Below, in pieces: positions 26,700 through 38,836 of a stretch of 64,000 bases of DNA. Source of the DNA: Fimicolochytrium jonesii. Its lineage: Eukaryota. The translations under genes and the position numbers were made by a program. The notes under the pieces are model-generated. The model saw nothing but the letters and a program-made list of their open reading frames with translations. It had not been told where the DNA came from and ran no database searches. Positions within the stretch are counted from its first letter, which is position 1, and the number at the start of each line of letters is the position of its first letter. Where the stretch lies: positions 930,001 to 994,000 of the forward strand of contig NW_026515672.1 in assembly GCF_025526975.1 (NCBI RefSeq), in the 5' to 3' direction.

Positions 26700-29600
26700 T
26701 CAGAAGGTCTGCGAGATCCGATGCCCCCTCTGCACCCGACTGATACGCCACTCATTCGGCTTCTCATACCGATTGAACAACGGCTCCAGCTTCTCCGCAC
26801 GTTTCCGTTTACTGATCCTATTCGCATCCGCCGCCTTGAAGAACGCCGGCGCAACCTCCACCAACCACTTTGGCTCAATCGCAATCACCTCGCGCATATA
26901 CTCTTTCGTGGTCAGCACCAACTCGTGGTAAATAACCCACTCGGGCTGCCGGTTGAACAGCGCCGAGGACGGGTGGATGTACACGGGGGTCGATTCGACA
27001 AGGGTTTTGTAACCTTCCTGCGGGTCCTTCTTCGCTGCATGGCGGAAGAACCCGCCCGTGATGGCTTTGCGCACCTTGTTGTAGTTGCGGCCGCAGCTGA
27101 CAATGTCGTGCTTGTACCGATCCATGATCCCCAGCAGCTGTTTACGGACGTCCTGGGCGCGTCGGAGGGACCGTGCCTGCACAAAATTCTCGTAGCACCA
27201 TGGGTTGGAGAATTTAGAGGCTTTCCAGGCGTTGTAGACGGTGAGGAGGGTCAGGTGGTCGCCTTCGGGTTGATGGAATTTGGCCTTTTTGGAGTCGGCT
27301 TGCGCTTGTTTCTCTTTGGGGCGGTACCAAATGTTTTGGACGGAGAGCATCGCGACGACGGTGAGGATCTCTTCGGAGCAGCCGAGTTCGACGGACAGGA
27401 TGAGCATTTTGGCGAGGGAGGGTTCAAGAGGGAACTCGGCCATCTTGCGCCCCACGCGCGTCAACAACCCCTCCTCATCTAAGGCACCCAGCTGGAACAG
27501 CAACTCCATGGCGGTGATGAGCGTCTGCACCGGCGGTGGATCCATGAACCCAAAGTTCAACAGATCATTGATCCCCATAGCTTTCAGCATCAGCACCGTG
27601 TTCGACAAATTCATCCGCTGGATATCCGGCACCGCGTTCGGTAGCATCTCGTTCCGGTACGCTCCTTCAGTGTACAGCCTGTAGCATTTGCCCGGTCCCG
27701 TACGTCCAGCACGACCAGACCGCTGCCTAGCCTGCGCCTGCGAAATGGGCACAACGACAAGGGCGTCCATTCCCAACTTAGGATCGTAAGTGTTTTGCTT
27801 GACGAACCCGGGGTCAACGACGTAGTAGATTCCGTCGATAGTGATGGAGGTCTCGGCGATGTTGGTAGCGATAACGACTTTACGGGCTCCGGGCGGTGCG
27901 GGGTCAAAAATCCGAGATTGCATCTCTGAGGGAAGGGCGGAGTAGACTGGGAGGATGATGAGTTCGGGGACCATCAGGCCTAAGGCTTTCATCCGCTCGT
28001 AGAGGATCTCGGCCGCTGTATCGATCTCTTCCTGACCCGTCAAGAACAGTAATATGTCTCCGGCTGGTTCGGAAAGATGAATCTGCATCACGGTAATGAG
28101 GGCGCTGTCGAGATAATCTGATTCCGGCTCCTTGGCGAACAGAATCTCAACAGGGAAGGTTCGACCGGGAATGGTCAGAATGGGGCAGTTGAAGAAGTAC
28201 GTAGAGAACTTCTCGGCGTCAAGGGTGGCGGAAGTGACGATCAATTTGAGGTCCGGCCGTTCCTTGATCGAGTTCCTCAGAAGCCCGAAAAGCACATCCG
28301 TGCTGACGGTCCTTTCGTGGGCTTCATCGAGCAACAGCACCGAGTACTTCTTCAACGTCGGGTCGATGAGACATTCACGCAGGAGCATACCGTCCGTCAT
28401 GTACTTGATCCTCGTTTCGGGGCTTGTGCAATCCTCGAATCGGATGGTGTATCCGACTTCTTGTCCCAAGCGGCAACCGACCTCCTCAGCGACACGCTTG
28501 GCGACGGACATGGCAGCGACACGACGTGGTTGTGTGCAGCCGATGATGCCCCTGTTCGCGAACCCTTCTTCAGCGAGGTACTGTGTCATTTGCGTTGTCT
28601 TCCCAGACCCCGTGTCTCCGACAACGACCAACACTTGGTTCTCGTCGACGGCTTTGACGATCGTGGACCGCAGTTTGTAGATAGGTAAAGATTCACGCTG
28701 GTCTTTGATGGAAAGACTGGTGATTTTTCCGAAAGTGGTCGCGTTGTTGAAGGTCTTTTTCTTCCATTCAGGTATGTTATCTCCAGGCTGTCCAGCCCCC
28801 TTCAGATCCTGTGCAAAATGCCTATCGCCGGTCTCCGCCATAGGATCTGCCCAAGGCCTCGCCAGATCTTTCGGAACAGAGTCGTACTCCGACGCTGCCT
28901 GCTGTTGCCTGATCTCCCTCCGTTCCTTCGCCAGCGCTGCCCCAGCTAGTGCAGCACGATTCATGGTCCCGTCAGGATTCTTGACGATCTTGATAGGACT
29001 GAGTTGTACACTCTGCTTGGTCTGTCCCTTCAAGAACGAAGGCTCCTCGTCTCGGATCTCGATATCCAGCTCTTCTTCCGCATCTTCGTAATTCAGCGCG
29101 CCCTCTTCTTCGTCGAATGTTGGGTATTCCTTCGGGTCCAGGACACCGGACGCAATGAGCTGTTTGATTTCCCATCGTTCTGGAGATGAGATCCGCTTTA
29201 CGTTGGGGGTATGCGTGTCGATATCGTCGACGATGGGCACCTCACTGAAGGAGGTCATAACCGGCCTGTCGGGGTTTCCTCGCATGTCCGCTTCCATTTC
29301 CTCCCTGGTCTTGACGCGCAGATGTGGACTCAGATCTTGACCAGTTGCTTGGTCAACATCCTTCATCGATAATCCAATCCTCGTTCCCGCCATCGTCATG
29401 ACTTTCACCTTCACTCGTTGACCTCTCGACACCACATCCGACGGGTGGGCGACCCTTCCGGGTCCTGATGACAGGCTACCGATGTGCACCATTCCCTCCG
29501 CTCGTCCCCTAATGCCCTCCAAACTGACAAAGGCGCCAAAATCTTTGATGCCTGTCACTTTTCCATCGTAGATTTTGTAGAGCAATGGACTATCGTCTGG

Positions 29601-30269
29601 GCCCGAATGACGTGAGGAATATGAGTCTCGCCCGCGTCCCCTTTCGTCACCGCCGTATCTATCCTGGCGTCTTGGCGATCGGTCATAGCCATCCCGTCTG
29701 CTTCGTTTCGGGCTTCTACTCCTGCTTCGACTACTAGATCTCCGCTTGTGGCCAGGACTCGTGCCCCTGCTCCCTTCATGTTCCGCTTTCATCTTTAGCC
29801 TTGTTTGCTGAGCGCTTTCCAGTTCTGCAAGCAGGTCGTCCGCAACTTTCTTGTTCTCTGCGTCCAACTTCTCCACTTGTGCTCGATCGTCTTTCAGGGC
29901 CAGACCAGGAAACTTTGCGGCCTTTTCGTTTGTGCCGTTAGTTGCCGAGTCGTTTTCCCAGTCCTGTGTTGTTGTGCTGCGGTCGTCTGACACGGACGAC
30001 TCCTTGCCCTTTTTGCCTTTCTTCTTTCTCATGCCTTTCGGCAGGAGCGTTGTGATTAGCCTATCGAGGTTTGCGACGAACGACATAGGGAACTCTGCGC
30101 CGGCAGCGTCCAGTTTCTTCTTGAAGCTCTCGACATTTCTCGCCTTGCTGTGCAAGTTGATAATGAACTCTGCCAGGACCTTGTCGTTGATACCGGTGTG
30201 GTTCTGCAGCTCACTGGATATCTTTGATACGAGCGCCAGCAGCTCCAGCTTTTCTAGATCTTGCGCCAT
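26700..30269 (-). CDS. PRP22: mRNA-release DEAH-box helicase Prp22/DHX8 (single exon)
   Basis: N-terminal [22 protein letters not shown]-rich tract, S1 domain ([16 protein letters not shown]), [15 protein letters not shown] and AKKDPQEGY. The likely start is MAQDLE at 30269. Confidence 0.97.
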   Translation of the reverse strand: MAQDLEKLELLALVSKISSELQNHTGINDKVLAEFIINLHSKARNVESFKKKLDAAGAEFPMSFVANLDRLITTLLPKGMRKKKGKKGKESSVSDDRSTTTQDWENDSATNGTNEKAAKFPGLALKDDRAQVEKLDAENKKVADDLLAELESAQQTRLKMKAEHEGSRGTSPGHKRRSSSRSRSRSPKRSRRDGYDRSPRRQDRYGGDERGRGRDSYSSRHSGPDDSPLLYKIYDGKVTGIKDFGAFVSLEGIRGRAEGMVHIGSLSSGPGRVAHPSDVVSRGQRVKVKVMTMAGTRIGLSMKDVDQATGQDLSPHLRVKTREEMEADMRGNPDRPVMTSFSEVPIVDDIDTHTPNVKRISSPERWEIKQLIASGVLDPKEYPTFDEEEGALNYEDAEEELDIEIRDEEPSFLKGQTKQSVQLSPIKIVKNPDGTMNRAALAGAALAKERREIRQQQAASEYDSVPKDLARPWADPMAETGDRHFAQDLKGAGQPGDNIPEWKKKTFNNATTFGKITSLSIKDQRESLPIYKLRSTIVKAVDENQVLVVVGDTGSGKTTQMTQYLAEEGFANRGIIGCTQPRRVAAMSVAKRVAEEVGCRLGQEVGYTIRFEDCTSPETRIKYMTDGMLLRECLIDPTLKKYSVLLLDEAHERTVSTDVLFGLLRNSIKERPDLKLIVTSATLDAEKFSTYFFNCPILTIPGRTFPVEILFAKEPESDYLDSALITVMQIHLSEPAGDILLFLTGQEEIDTAAEILYERMKALGLMVPELIILPVYSALPSEMQSRIFDPAPPGARKVVIATNIAETSITIDGIYYVVDPGFVKQNTYDPKLGMDALVVVPISQAQARQRSGRAGRTGPGKCYRLYTEGAYRNEMLPNAVPDIQRMNLSNTVLMLKAMGINDLLNFGFMDPPPVQTLITAMELLFQLGALDEEGLLTRVGRKMAEFPLEPSLAKMLILSVELGCSEEILTVVAMLSVQNIWYRPKEKQAQADSKKAKFHQPEGDHLTLLTVYNAWKASKFSNPWCYENFVQARSLRRAQDVRKQLLGIMDRYKHDIVSCGRNYNKVRKAITGGFFRHAAKKDPQEGYKTLVESTPVYIHPSSALFNRQPEWVIYHELVLTTKEYMREVIAIEPKWLVEVAPAFFKAADANRISKRKRAEKLEPLFNRYEKPNEWRISRVQRGHRISQTF

Positions 30270-30473
30270 GTCTGCTTTGTGGAATTCCTGTGGAGCGAAA
30301 GAGGCGATAAGTTCAGGAATCAGCAGCGTGCTGAGCAATTGTTATTCGTCCGCGTGGGGAGGGGGATACCCGAGAGTTGCAAGTTGGGGCTGGGCAGTGT
30401 TCTGCAGTTGGCTCCCCGCCGCGCAAAGGTTAGGGTTAGCGACTCTTCGGTGATCCCGCTTGTTCCTGGCGGG

Positions 30474-33400
30474 CTCAGCGCTCACATACGTCCGCGCGGT
30501 TGCGCCGCGACAACCTGGACAACTCCGCCGACGCTTTTTCCAATGGCAAAACCACACACACCCAACTGACCTGAGACTTTGTGGGATAACTAAAACAGGT
30601 ATGAGGAGCAACTCCAGCTGGTCTGTTGGAGAAAGTAATTACTTACCGCGAACTTTTACCAAGCAGAACTCCTCAACCACGCCAACCCTCAGACAACGTG
30701 CTACTAGGAAAACCTTTGGACCTCTGGATTCTACGTAACCCCTCTTCCCATTCTCAATGCACAAAGGTATGGAAAAGCTGGCCTTCTAATCTCAGAATGA
30801 GGTCACGCAAACTGACTTGAGGATTGCAGATGCGGACCAGGACGCAAACTGCCGAGTTGCTGTGTAAGGCTGAGGATGACCGGAAAGACTATGTGTACTG
30901 TGATATCTGGAATACAGCAGCAGATAAGCCCTGCTCCAAAGCTCGAGTGCAACGCCTTCGTGTTGAAGCAAAAGGCATTCACCGCCAATTCACGCTGTTG
31001 AGCACGGATATGCGCTCCTGGCTTGGAAGTTCCAACGGTAGTTTCTGTTTGCGGGCTCCCACGGGTGACCTTCCCAATACCGTCAAGCTGTATGGATGCA
31101 AAATATGCATGAAGGCAGTGAGAGCAGAGAGACAGCGCAGGGTAGCCAGTGACAGGCCTTCTGCCAGTGACAATGAGGACGGCACTCTTCCCCCCAGTGA
31201 CGACGGCACTCCTCCCCCCAGCAGCGATGCTGCCAACCTGCCCCCGCCCACTGTGCGCACTCAGTCTCACGTTGATATTCGCCTCCCAAAGCGACTCATG
31301 CGCCCGCTTCAGTCGAAGTTTCAAGGTGTTGCCCCTCCTGACGCCGAAGCTCGCCGCAGCCAGTCCCGCACAACATCTGGTGTCCTCGAGGGTTCATCAG
31401 CAAAGCCGTGGGACAAACTGGAGATGTTGTTTTTCCTCGGACTCACGGATGAGGTTGAAGATGAAGATGAGGGGGATGACAGCATTGACGAACCAACGAC
31501 GCCGGGGCCTGAGGGGAGGACCTACGCAGCAAAGCTGCAGATGCTCATGGAGAACCCACTTAAGGACAAGCACAGGCAGCTTCTTTTCCCTATCGGAAAC
31601 ATGGAAGGGTTTATTGATCATATGAATACCACATGCAATGGGCTGTTTGACATGAAGATGACCATGGTCGTCGGGGACGTGCCTCTGAAGCGCAGCTCAA
31701 AGTGGAGTGAGAAACACCGTGATAGGATCCGCCGCAGAGTATTCATCTCGATCCTGCTCGATCTCAGCACCCGACACCTTCGTGCAAACTACCTCCAGCG
31801 CTGGATGTCCACCGAGCTCCAGCTTTCCAACGTCAGCACCGATCAGCAGACAAAGATCGCCAGGGTTGGCCTCTCCCTTGTCCCGCAACACAACACTGTC
31901 CGAGCGCAGGCTGCCATTGCCGCTCACAAAGGGGACGTGTCCGCGCGACTTGCGCTTCCCAACACATCCGCTGTGGTTCTCGTTGATGATTTCAATTGGC
32001 ATCATGGGAGAGGCACGCCAAATGAGCGGGGAAAGCAATCGATCACCCGGACAACAGCAAATGTTGGAGTGCGTACTTGGGATGTCTTGGAGATGCCTCG
32101 CCTACCCTCTGGGCTGGGGCCGTTGCGCCCCAATTTTCACACAATCGGGTTTGCAGAGGATCAACATGTTCTTTCACAGTAATTCGGCTGTTGGATTGGA
32201 CACTGACATCCTACATTGTCAAACGTGGGAACGGAGGGGAAATACGCCAGATGTATGACACCCGGCGCTTGGATCAGGTGTGCTCCATCAAAAACTTTGT
32301 GGCGTTGGCAAGCGAAGACAACCCGATGAAGTCTGATGAGGATATGGTGAAGCTTTATCAGGAGACGATCATCCCGAAACTTCGGCCATATATTGATGAA
32401 TTGCCAATCGTTGTATCCGGAGACTTCTATGTCTGGATGGGAACCCTTAAGTTCCTCACGGGCTCTGCGGAGGGGCAGCGACACTCCGGAAAATTCTTGG
32501 ATTGGCCTGGATCGTTTCACATTGCCTTGAACATGCAGGAAGCAGCATACAAGCACTAGTTCCCCCTTCTTAAGATCCTTTACGAAGCAGCATTTCCGGG
32601 TCTCGTTTGTCCACAGGTCCATCTGCGTCCCATTCAACGTGTTCTCCTGCTGTCTCTTGCACTTCAGGCACGGCAGCTTGCTCACATGCCGACGTCGACA
32701 GCCGCGATGGCGCATGACTACAGTTGGGGCAGGAATGTTATCCGTACCTTCTTCGAGGAGCATCTACCGCTCATGCTCGACGCACCAGTGATTATCACAT
32801 CCCTCAACTACAATCACTTTGAGGAATTCGTTGTTTGCAGCCTCCCGTTCTTCATACAAATGGGGAAGAAGAACTACGTGACAATCATCCTTTGCATTCT
32901 TGGGCGCTTGGGCTTCTACCGTGCGCACGGGCTTCTACCGTGCGCACAACATCCCGCTTTACGAATGGATCCAAAACAACTACCGGTATCTCAGCGAGGA
33001 GGCCATCGAACTCTGGCATTCAGTCATCTGTCCCCTTATTCATCCGACGATGCAGCAGAATCAAGCCGAGCAGCGAGTCATGTTCAAAGCTGCCCTCCAA
33101 GAAGCCGATGCTCAGGAAGCGGCAGTACTGAATCTTCGCCGAGGCAAGCTACGGGGAGCAAACGCCGGGACGTCGTTGTTCCAATTCCGCAAAGACCAAA
33201 AGTGCAACCTCCAGGCTGCGGCGGATAAGCTTCTCAGCATTCTTGACCATATAATTGTCTACAACAGAGACCATGGCGGCCCAGCCTACGAGAGGGAATC
33301 AAGGACAGCTGGCAAGAATTCGGTGACCACGCGGTTGTATCATTTCACCGCAGAGCCTGACGGCCTGCTGCTAGGCGAGGCAGTCATCCCACTCACCCAG

Positions 33401-33929
33401 CGACGCCCAAATGCACAAGGCCACACCGTAGTCAAGGTTGGAAAGCATGTTGACATTACTCGATATGCGTTCCCATTCGACAACGCTGGTCATAACACCC
33501 CCTGCCAGCCCCTTTCCTGCGGTTGTTGCCGTCACTGCAGCAGTGTTCGAGCGATGTTCAAGCAGAGCAAGTGCCCAAACTGCTTTGCTATCACGAAGGA
33601 AATCATGCAGGCCGTTGTCGCAGATCGTAACAGCAAGGTGCAAGAGTGGAGTCAGGCTGGCGTTGCGGGAGAGGAAAGCGATGAGGAGCCCTCTGTCTTT
33701 GACGTTGATGAAGCAAGTTAAAGTAGGCATTTATTTGTTTTTAAGAGAAAATATAAAAAATGTAATGGAACAGTTTTGAAGAGCGGCCTCTGGCGCACAT
33801 ATCCTACTACAATACTTGGGGTGGCCGTTGCGTGTGTGCAGAGGCCGTGGGGTTGCGACAAGAGATGTCTGTTTATTCTGCGCGGAAGACCGAACGACAC
33901 GCTTGCCGAAGACGTATGTGAGCGCTGAG
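30474..33929 (+). mobile_element. Complete DNA transposon, 3,456 bp, with 19-bp TIRs and 8-bp TSD; Academ/DUF6589-like
   Basis: Left TIR CTCAGCGCTCACATACGTC (30474-30492) is the exact reverse complement of GACGTATGTGAGCGCTGAG (33911-33929). Flanks CTGGCGGG at 30466-30473 and 33930-33937 are identical direct repeats. The interior encodes a disrupted transposase-like protein. Confidence 0.9.
30824..33721 (+). pseudogene. Disrupted DDE-type transposase (Academ/DUF6589-like)
   Basis: Joined ORFs carry VVLVDDFNWHH, VVSGDFYVW, WPGSFHIALN, GKKNYV and SEEAIELWHS, plus Cys clusters at both ends. Lesions: a frameshift near 32150-32180, an in-frame TAG at 32557-32559 and a 19-bp duplication at 32910-32947. 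The 5' exons (30543-30829) look degenerate. Confidence 0.7.
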
Positions 33930-34315
33930 CTGGCGGGTCCGAGACCCAGAGCCCAGCCGGCTGCACTGTCCGTGTACTGTACTATGAGTTCCAAATCCTG
34001 CTCGCCGTTCGCCGTAGCAATAATACGTTCGGTACATATAGTACAGTAGTAGCGTAGTAGGTACCACCACCACACTTCCCTCCCTGGAATTAATAGTAGA
34101 CGCCTATGCTGAGCTAGTCCCAGAGTCATAATCATTACTTGTTCTTGAGCAGAGGCTTTTGTTACGTAGAGAGTTTCGCAACCGCGCCGCCACGAGGTTT
34201 GTGCTTGCTTGCCCAACTTTCCGTTCTGCCAACCTCCGCGACATACTGTACAGTATATATAAGACGACACTCGCAAGCGCTCGCTCCATCTCGTCCACAC
34301 TCTCATACCTCCGTC

Positions 34316-36817
34316 ATGGCCTATTCTCCACCACGCTCATCCATGAGGAAACCTTCAATCGTCGAACGGGCTTCAAATGCCATTGAGCAGAAACTTAGCG
34401 GGAATGGGATTCGAAGAGTATCGACAACCCCGGCCTCGTATGGAGCGTCCGGGAACACCTCACCGTCCATGTCGCAGCACAACCTTGCTGCAGGAGCGAG
34501 CTCCGCTAGCCTTCTTAGTGGTGGGGACATTCTCTCCATGAACGCGGAAGACTACGAGATGGGTGATCCCATTGGTTATGGCAGTTCGGCCGTGGTGTAC
34601 ACCGCCCTGTACAAGCCAACGAATAAGACGGTAGCGGTGAAGATGATAGACCTCGATATGTTTGAGAGGAACCAAATAGACGAACTGCGGGTGAGTTACA
34701 TCTGCTCCCTCCACTTCAGGACCCATTGCCTGACTTGAGACGCGCATCACAGAGAGAAATCCAGATCATGTCCCTTTCAAAACATCCACACCTGTTACCA
34801 GTATATGGTTCCTTCGTACACGGATCTAAGCTGTACATAGTGACGCCCTTCCTGTCCGCTGGATCGTGTCTAGATATCATGAAGACCGCTTTCCAAGATG
34901 GAATGGACGAGACCTCCATCGCCACGATTCTGAAGCAAGCCCTCGAGGGGTTGGTTTATTTGCACAAAAATGGATTGATACATCGAGATGTCAAGGCCGG
35001 GAATTTACTGATACACGAGGATGGACTCGTTCAGCTGGCAGACTTCGGTGTCAGCTCCAGCCTGATGGACACTGGGGAGAGGAAAGGAATTCGGAAAACG
35101 TTCGTGGGAACTCCCTGCTGGATGGCCCCTGAGGTCATGGAACAAAGTGGATATGACTACAAGGCGGACATCTGGAGTTTCGGGATAACGGCTCTGGAGT
35201 TGGCAACCGGTCATGCACCGTTCGCAAGATACCCTCCTATCAAAGTGCTCATGTTGACCTTGCAAAACGATCCACCGACCTTGGACCGCGAATCCACAAA
35301 GTACAAGTACTCAAAGATCTTCAAGGATATGATCGATATCTGTCTGGTGAAGGATCCAGCACGGAGGTATGTATGTGGAAACAGCTTGACGTCTTCGTCA
35401 CTCCCCGATGGGAACTGACCTCCCGAGATTTCATCAGACCAAATGCCGAGAAGCTATTGGGTCATGCCTTTTTCAAACAGGCCGCCAAGAAGCGGCAATA
35501 CCTCGTTCCCGCTCTATTACAGAACCTGCCGCCGATAACACAGCGGCCACATAACAAACGCGGAGCACGGCCAGAGAGCGATGGTGCTTACCATAAGGGC
35601 GTTTCATGGGATTTCTCATCTGTCGGTGAAGAGTTCAACGACCTCGTGCGTGGGACGGACCGTGGCAACCGTGATACCATTCGAACATTCCTGTCCGGCA
35701 CGTCGCTCTCGGATAGCTCCTCTCTGGAGCAGAATCCCGGGCCAGACGAGACGGAAGGGGGCCGCAAAGGTGTCACGTTCGGGACACCCACCGTGATCAC
35801 GGACGGAGCGGAACCAGTACCGATCGCTGCACCCGGAAAGAAAAGCAGGTTCACGGTAGAAGGAAGTGGAAGTCCAGGGGCAAGTCCCAACACGTCCTCC
35901 GCTGCCCTTCGCGTTGACGTTGGGGACAATGAAAGCAGCTCGCAAACATCACAGCTCCAACAACCGCAACAACAGCAATCGCAAGCGACCAATACCGCTG
36001 GGAATACTGGGGTTCCCAACAGCAGTAGCCCTGGGCCCGGGGATACAAATGCAGCAGGTGTGGGTGTTCGGAAAGGCAGATTTAGCGTAAATCAGTCGAA
36101 CTCTGCGACCGCCGCTGCACCTCCGTCAGCAACTTCGTCCGCTACAGATGGTTGGCCGGCGACCAGCTCGCCTGTGGATGGACGGCAAGAAGCAGAGCCT
36201 GCTCCACGTAAGTCCTAATGTTTAGATTGGCGGCAACCAAAATCGAAAAGCCGGTCTAATCTATCTCCGTCTTTCAAAATATAGTAGAGCGAAAACCCTC
36301 CAGATTCGCGGTCCAGAACCTCTCCACTGCATCCTCCGCAAATAACACGCCAACCACCCCGAACGCCCCTGGAATGCCCATCCAACAAAGCAACTCGTCC
36401 GACTCTCTCCCTCGCTCGACGTCAGACCGACGCGGCAGGTTCGAGGTAACGACAGGCGATAGCAACTCAACAACGCCGCGCACGGCTACGCCAGCGAGCT
36501 TGGACCAACTCGTCCGTCAAACAGAGGTGCAACGGCAGTTCCTGCAAGACATTGTCGGCGCGTTGCAACGGAAGGGCATGTCGCTGGAAACGCTAGGCGT
36601 GCAAGTCCCGGAAGGCGCCTTCACTCCAGTCAACGTAGACCTGTTGCAGCAAAACTCTGCCACCGCGGCCGCCGCCTCACAGCAGCCGGCCACACAGCAG
36701 GCCCCATGTGTGGTGGGCAGCCAAATCGGCGCCATGCAAGTCGGCGGCGTAGAATGGCTCCAACGAGAAAACGAGGCTTTGCGGAAGGAGATGGAGGGCC
36801 TGCGGAAGGACGCGTGA
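34316..36817 (+). CDS. STE20/GCK-VI-like (Fray/OSR1/SPAK-type) Ser/Thr kinase
   Basis: [76 protein letters not shown]. The low-complexity tail has four RFxV motifs and a terminal coiled coil. Confidence 0.9.
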
Positions 36818-37219
36818 AACCCCGCGCCGCTGAAGGGTTCACATCCATCCCTCTGCAATCGGGAAGGGCCTCGTTGATGCCCGGAAACCGTGGTTCTTTA
36901 TACTTATCCCCCGTTGTAACATGCATATACGCCAGCTGATATCACCATCCCGCTGACTTTCATTGTGTGGGCTACCCATGTTTGGTTTCTTGTCGCTTCT
37001 CACACAACACAAAAGGTCACTATATGATTCTCTCCGGCAAGAGGTTGCGAGCCGGACACATTTTCATTCTTGTTCTACCTATCTATGTGGTGTTTTTGAA
37101 ATGCGCGGGCAAGGAGAAAATGCGCTTTCACTTGGGCGGCACAGAAAAAGGCGTATATGGCTCTTTCCTGGTCGACCCATTTCCTGCTCAAACACTCATC
37201 TTTATCTACGTTTGACACA

Positions 37220-38836
37220 ATGACCGATTCTCGCAAGCCAGAGCGCACTGAGGGAGAGGCTGACCACCAGGTCGCAGCGCCCACGATTCCAACCGGCCAG
37301 AAAAGCCTCGCACCATTGTCTACCCACGACGGCGAACCATCACCCACCGCGGACACTGACGATGTCGCGGAAGATGAAGGAGGGGTCGACTACAGGTGGT
37401 TGCTGTCACAGGACTCGAAAACGTAAGCTGGGCATCGTGGGAAGCTGCAACTAGACCTGTGGCTGAGAGCGGGACGAGGAGATTGGAGGGAATGCCGGCG
37501 GCAGATCCGGTTTCTGACGCGGTTTTGGGTTTATCTAGACAGGCACCGATCCTCCGAGGAACCAAAGAGTTCGGCCCGGATGGCTCTAACGCACAGAGCA
37601 AGGCGCTGGAAGAGTCGCGGAATGCACTCCATACCATTCTCCAGGAGGAGCGCAGGGCGTCTAGGTGAGCTTTGAGAGAACTTATCCACATACATCCGGG
37701 GGGAGCATAGGATTGACCGACTCCCCACCAGCCGCTCAATGAACGAAGCCGAGTGGGACCCCCACCACTGTGTAGCGCGCGTCACCGTCCAGCGCGGGAC
37801 ATACTACCAGGCGGCGGGCACGACGGTCGGATCCGATCTGTACCTGTTGCCGGAGGAAGCGCTGTTCATGATTGAACGCAATGCGATGATGTTGACGTAT
37901 CGCGGCGGGTTGTGCTCTATGCAGCAGGCGTTTGACTTGTTGGTCGGGCTGGAGGATGTGGGTGGGGATATGGTTGATATGGATGGGTATCAGGTACGTT
38001 CATGCTCAGCCGGAAGGGGTGAAGGTGCCTGGTCATAGGGAAATGCTGATTGATGTCCGAATTATAGGTCTATGCCTACCTGAAGCGACTGGGATATGCC
38101 GTCCTCCGGACACATTTGCCGCCTTTCTTACGACCGGTGCGCGCAAAACGGCGGATTGGACCATCCTCCACCACCGTATCGACGCGGCCTTCGTTCTCTG
38201 GTAAAGCATCTGCCGGTGTCGAATGGAATGCAGCCGTCAATCTAACATCCCATATCCGCCTCCAGTGCTAGCTACGATAGGAAGCTTTGGCCGGCTCTTC
38301 AACCGGCTCATCGGATGGCTGCTAGCATGGTGGCTCCCACGCAGATCCACCCCACATTGGCCCATCGTCGATCTACGGCGGTGTCGGTACTCGACGGATG
38401 TGTTTCGGCAATTGCAGATCATTCCTCGATTGAACGTCGAAAAGCCTACTATTCCGGCCGCGGCGGCGCCATCCTCTTCTCCGCCGGCACCGCCGTCTAG
38501 ACTCGAAGGTCGACCTATACGCGCTTTCAATGTCTACAAGCCACGGCCCCGTTTCAAGAAGAGCGATCCTGGACCTCCCGATTTTCGCGTTGTGGTTCAA
38601 AAGTATGTTGTCAGTCATCATTTTGATTCTGCTTCTTCTGAGGTTACCCGCTCACGATATGTGTGTGATTTTTCTTCTCGGTCAGTGTAACGGACCCAAT
38701 GTTTGATGTAGAAGACTTCCACGCCCAACTGCGACAAATGGATGAGGAATGTACACAGCTGAAAATTGGTATAGTCGATGGCGGGAACGTCTCGTTCCTT
38801 GCATTCGGTCCGCCTGCCGCTCCCCCTATCCCGTAA
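37220..38836 (+). CDS. SEN54: tRNA-splicing endonuclease subunit Sen54
   Basis: LYLLPEEALFMIER, SMQQAF, YQ|VYAYLKRLGYAV, FNVYKPRPRFKKSDPGPPDFRVVV and IVDGGNVSFLAF; stop at 38834-38836. Confidence 0.88.

Noticed and set aside
26538..28688. Long antisense ORFs opposite PRP22 (and similar ones opposite PRP43, CFAP43, ZIP4, CTC1)
   Set aside because: These are expected shadow frames of GC-rich coding sequence.
30428..30439. GGTTAGGGTTAG as an interstitial telomere
   Set aside because: Only two units. At most it is a promoter motif.
33805..34061. Short imperfect inverted match CCTACTACAATACT / AGTAGCGTAGTAGG
   Set aside because: Low-complexity, straddles the true transposon end and has no TSD.
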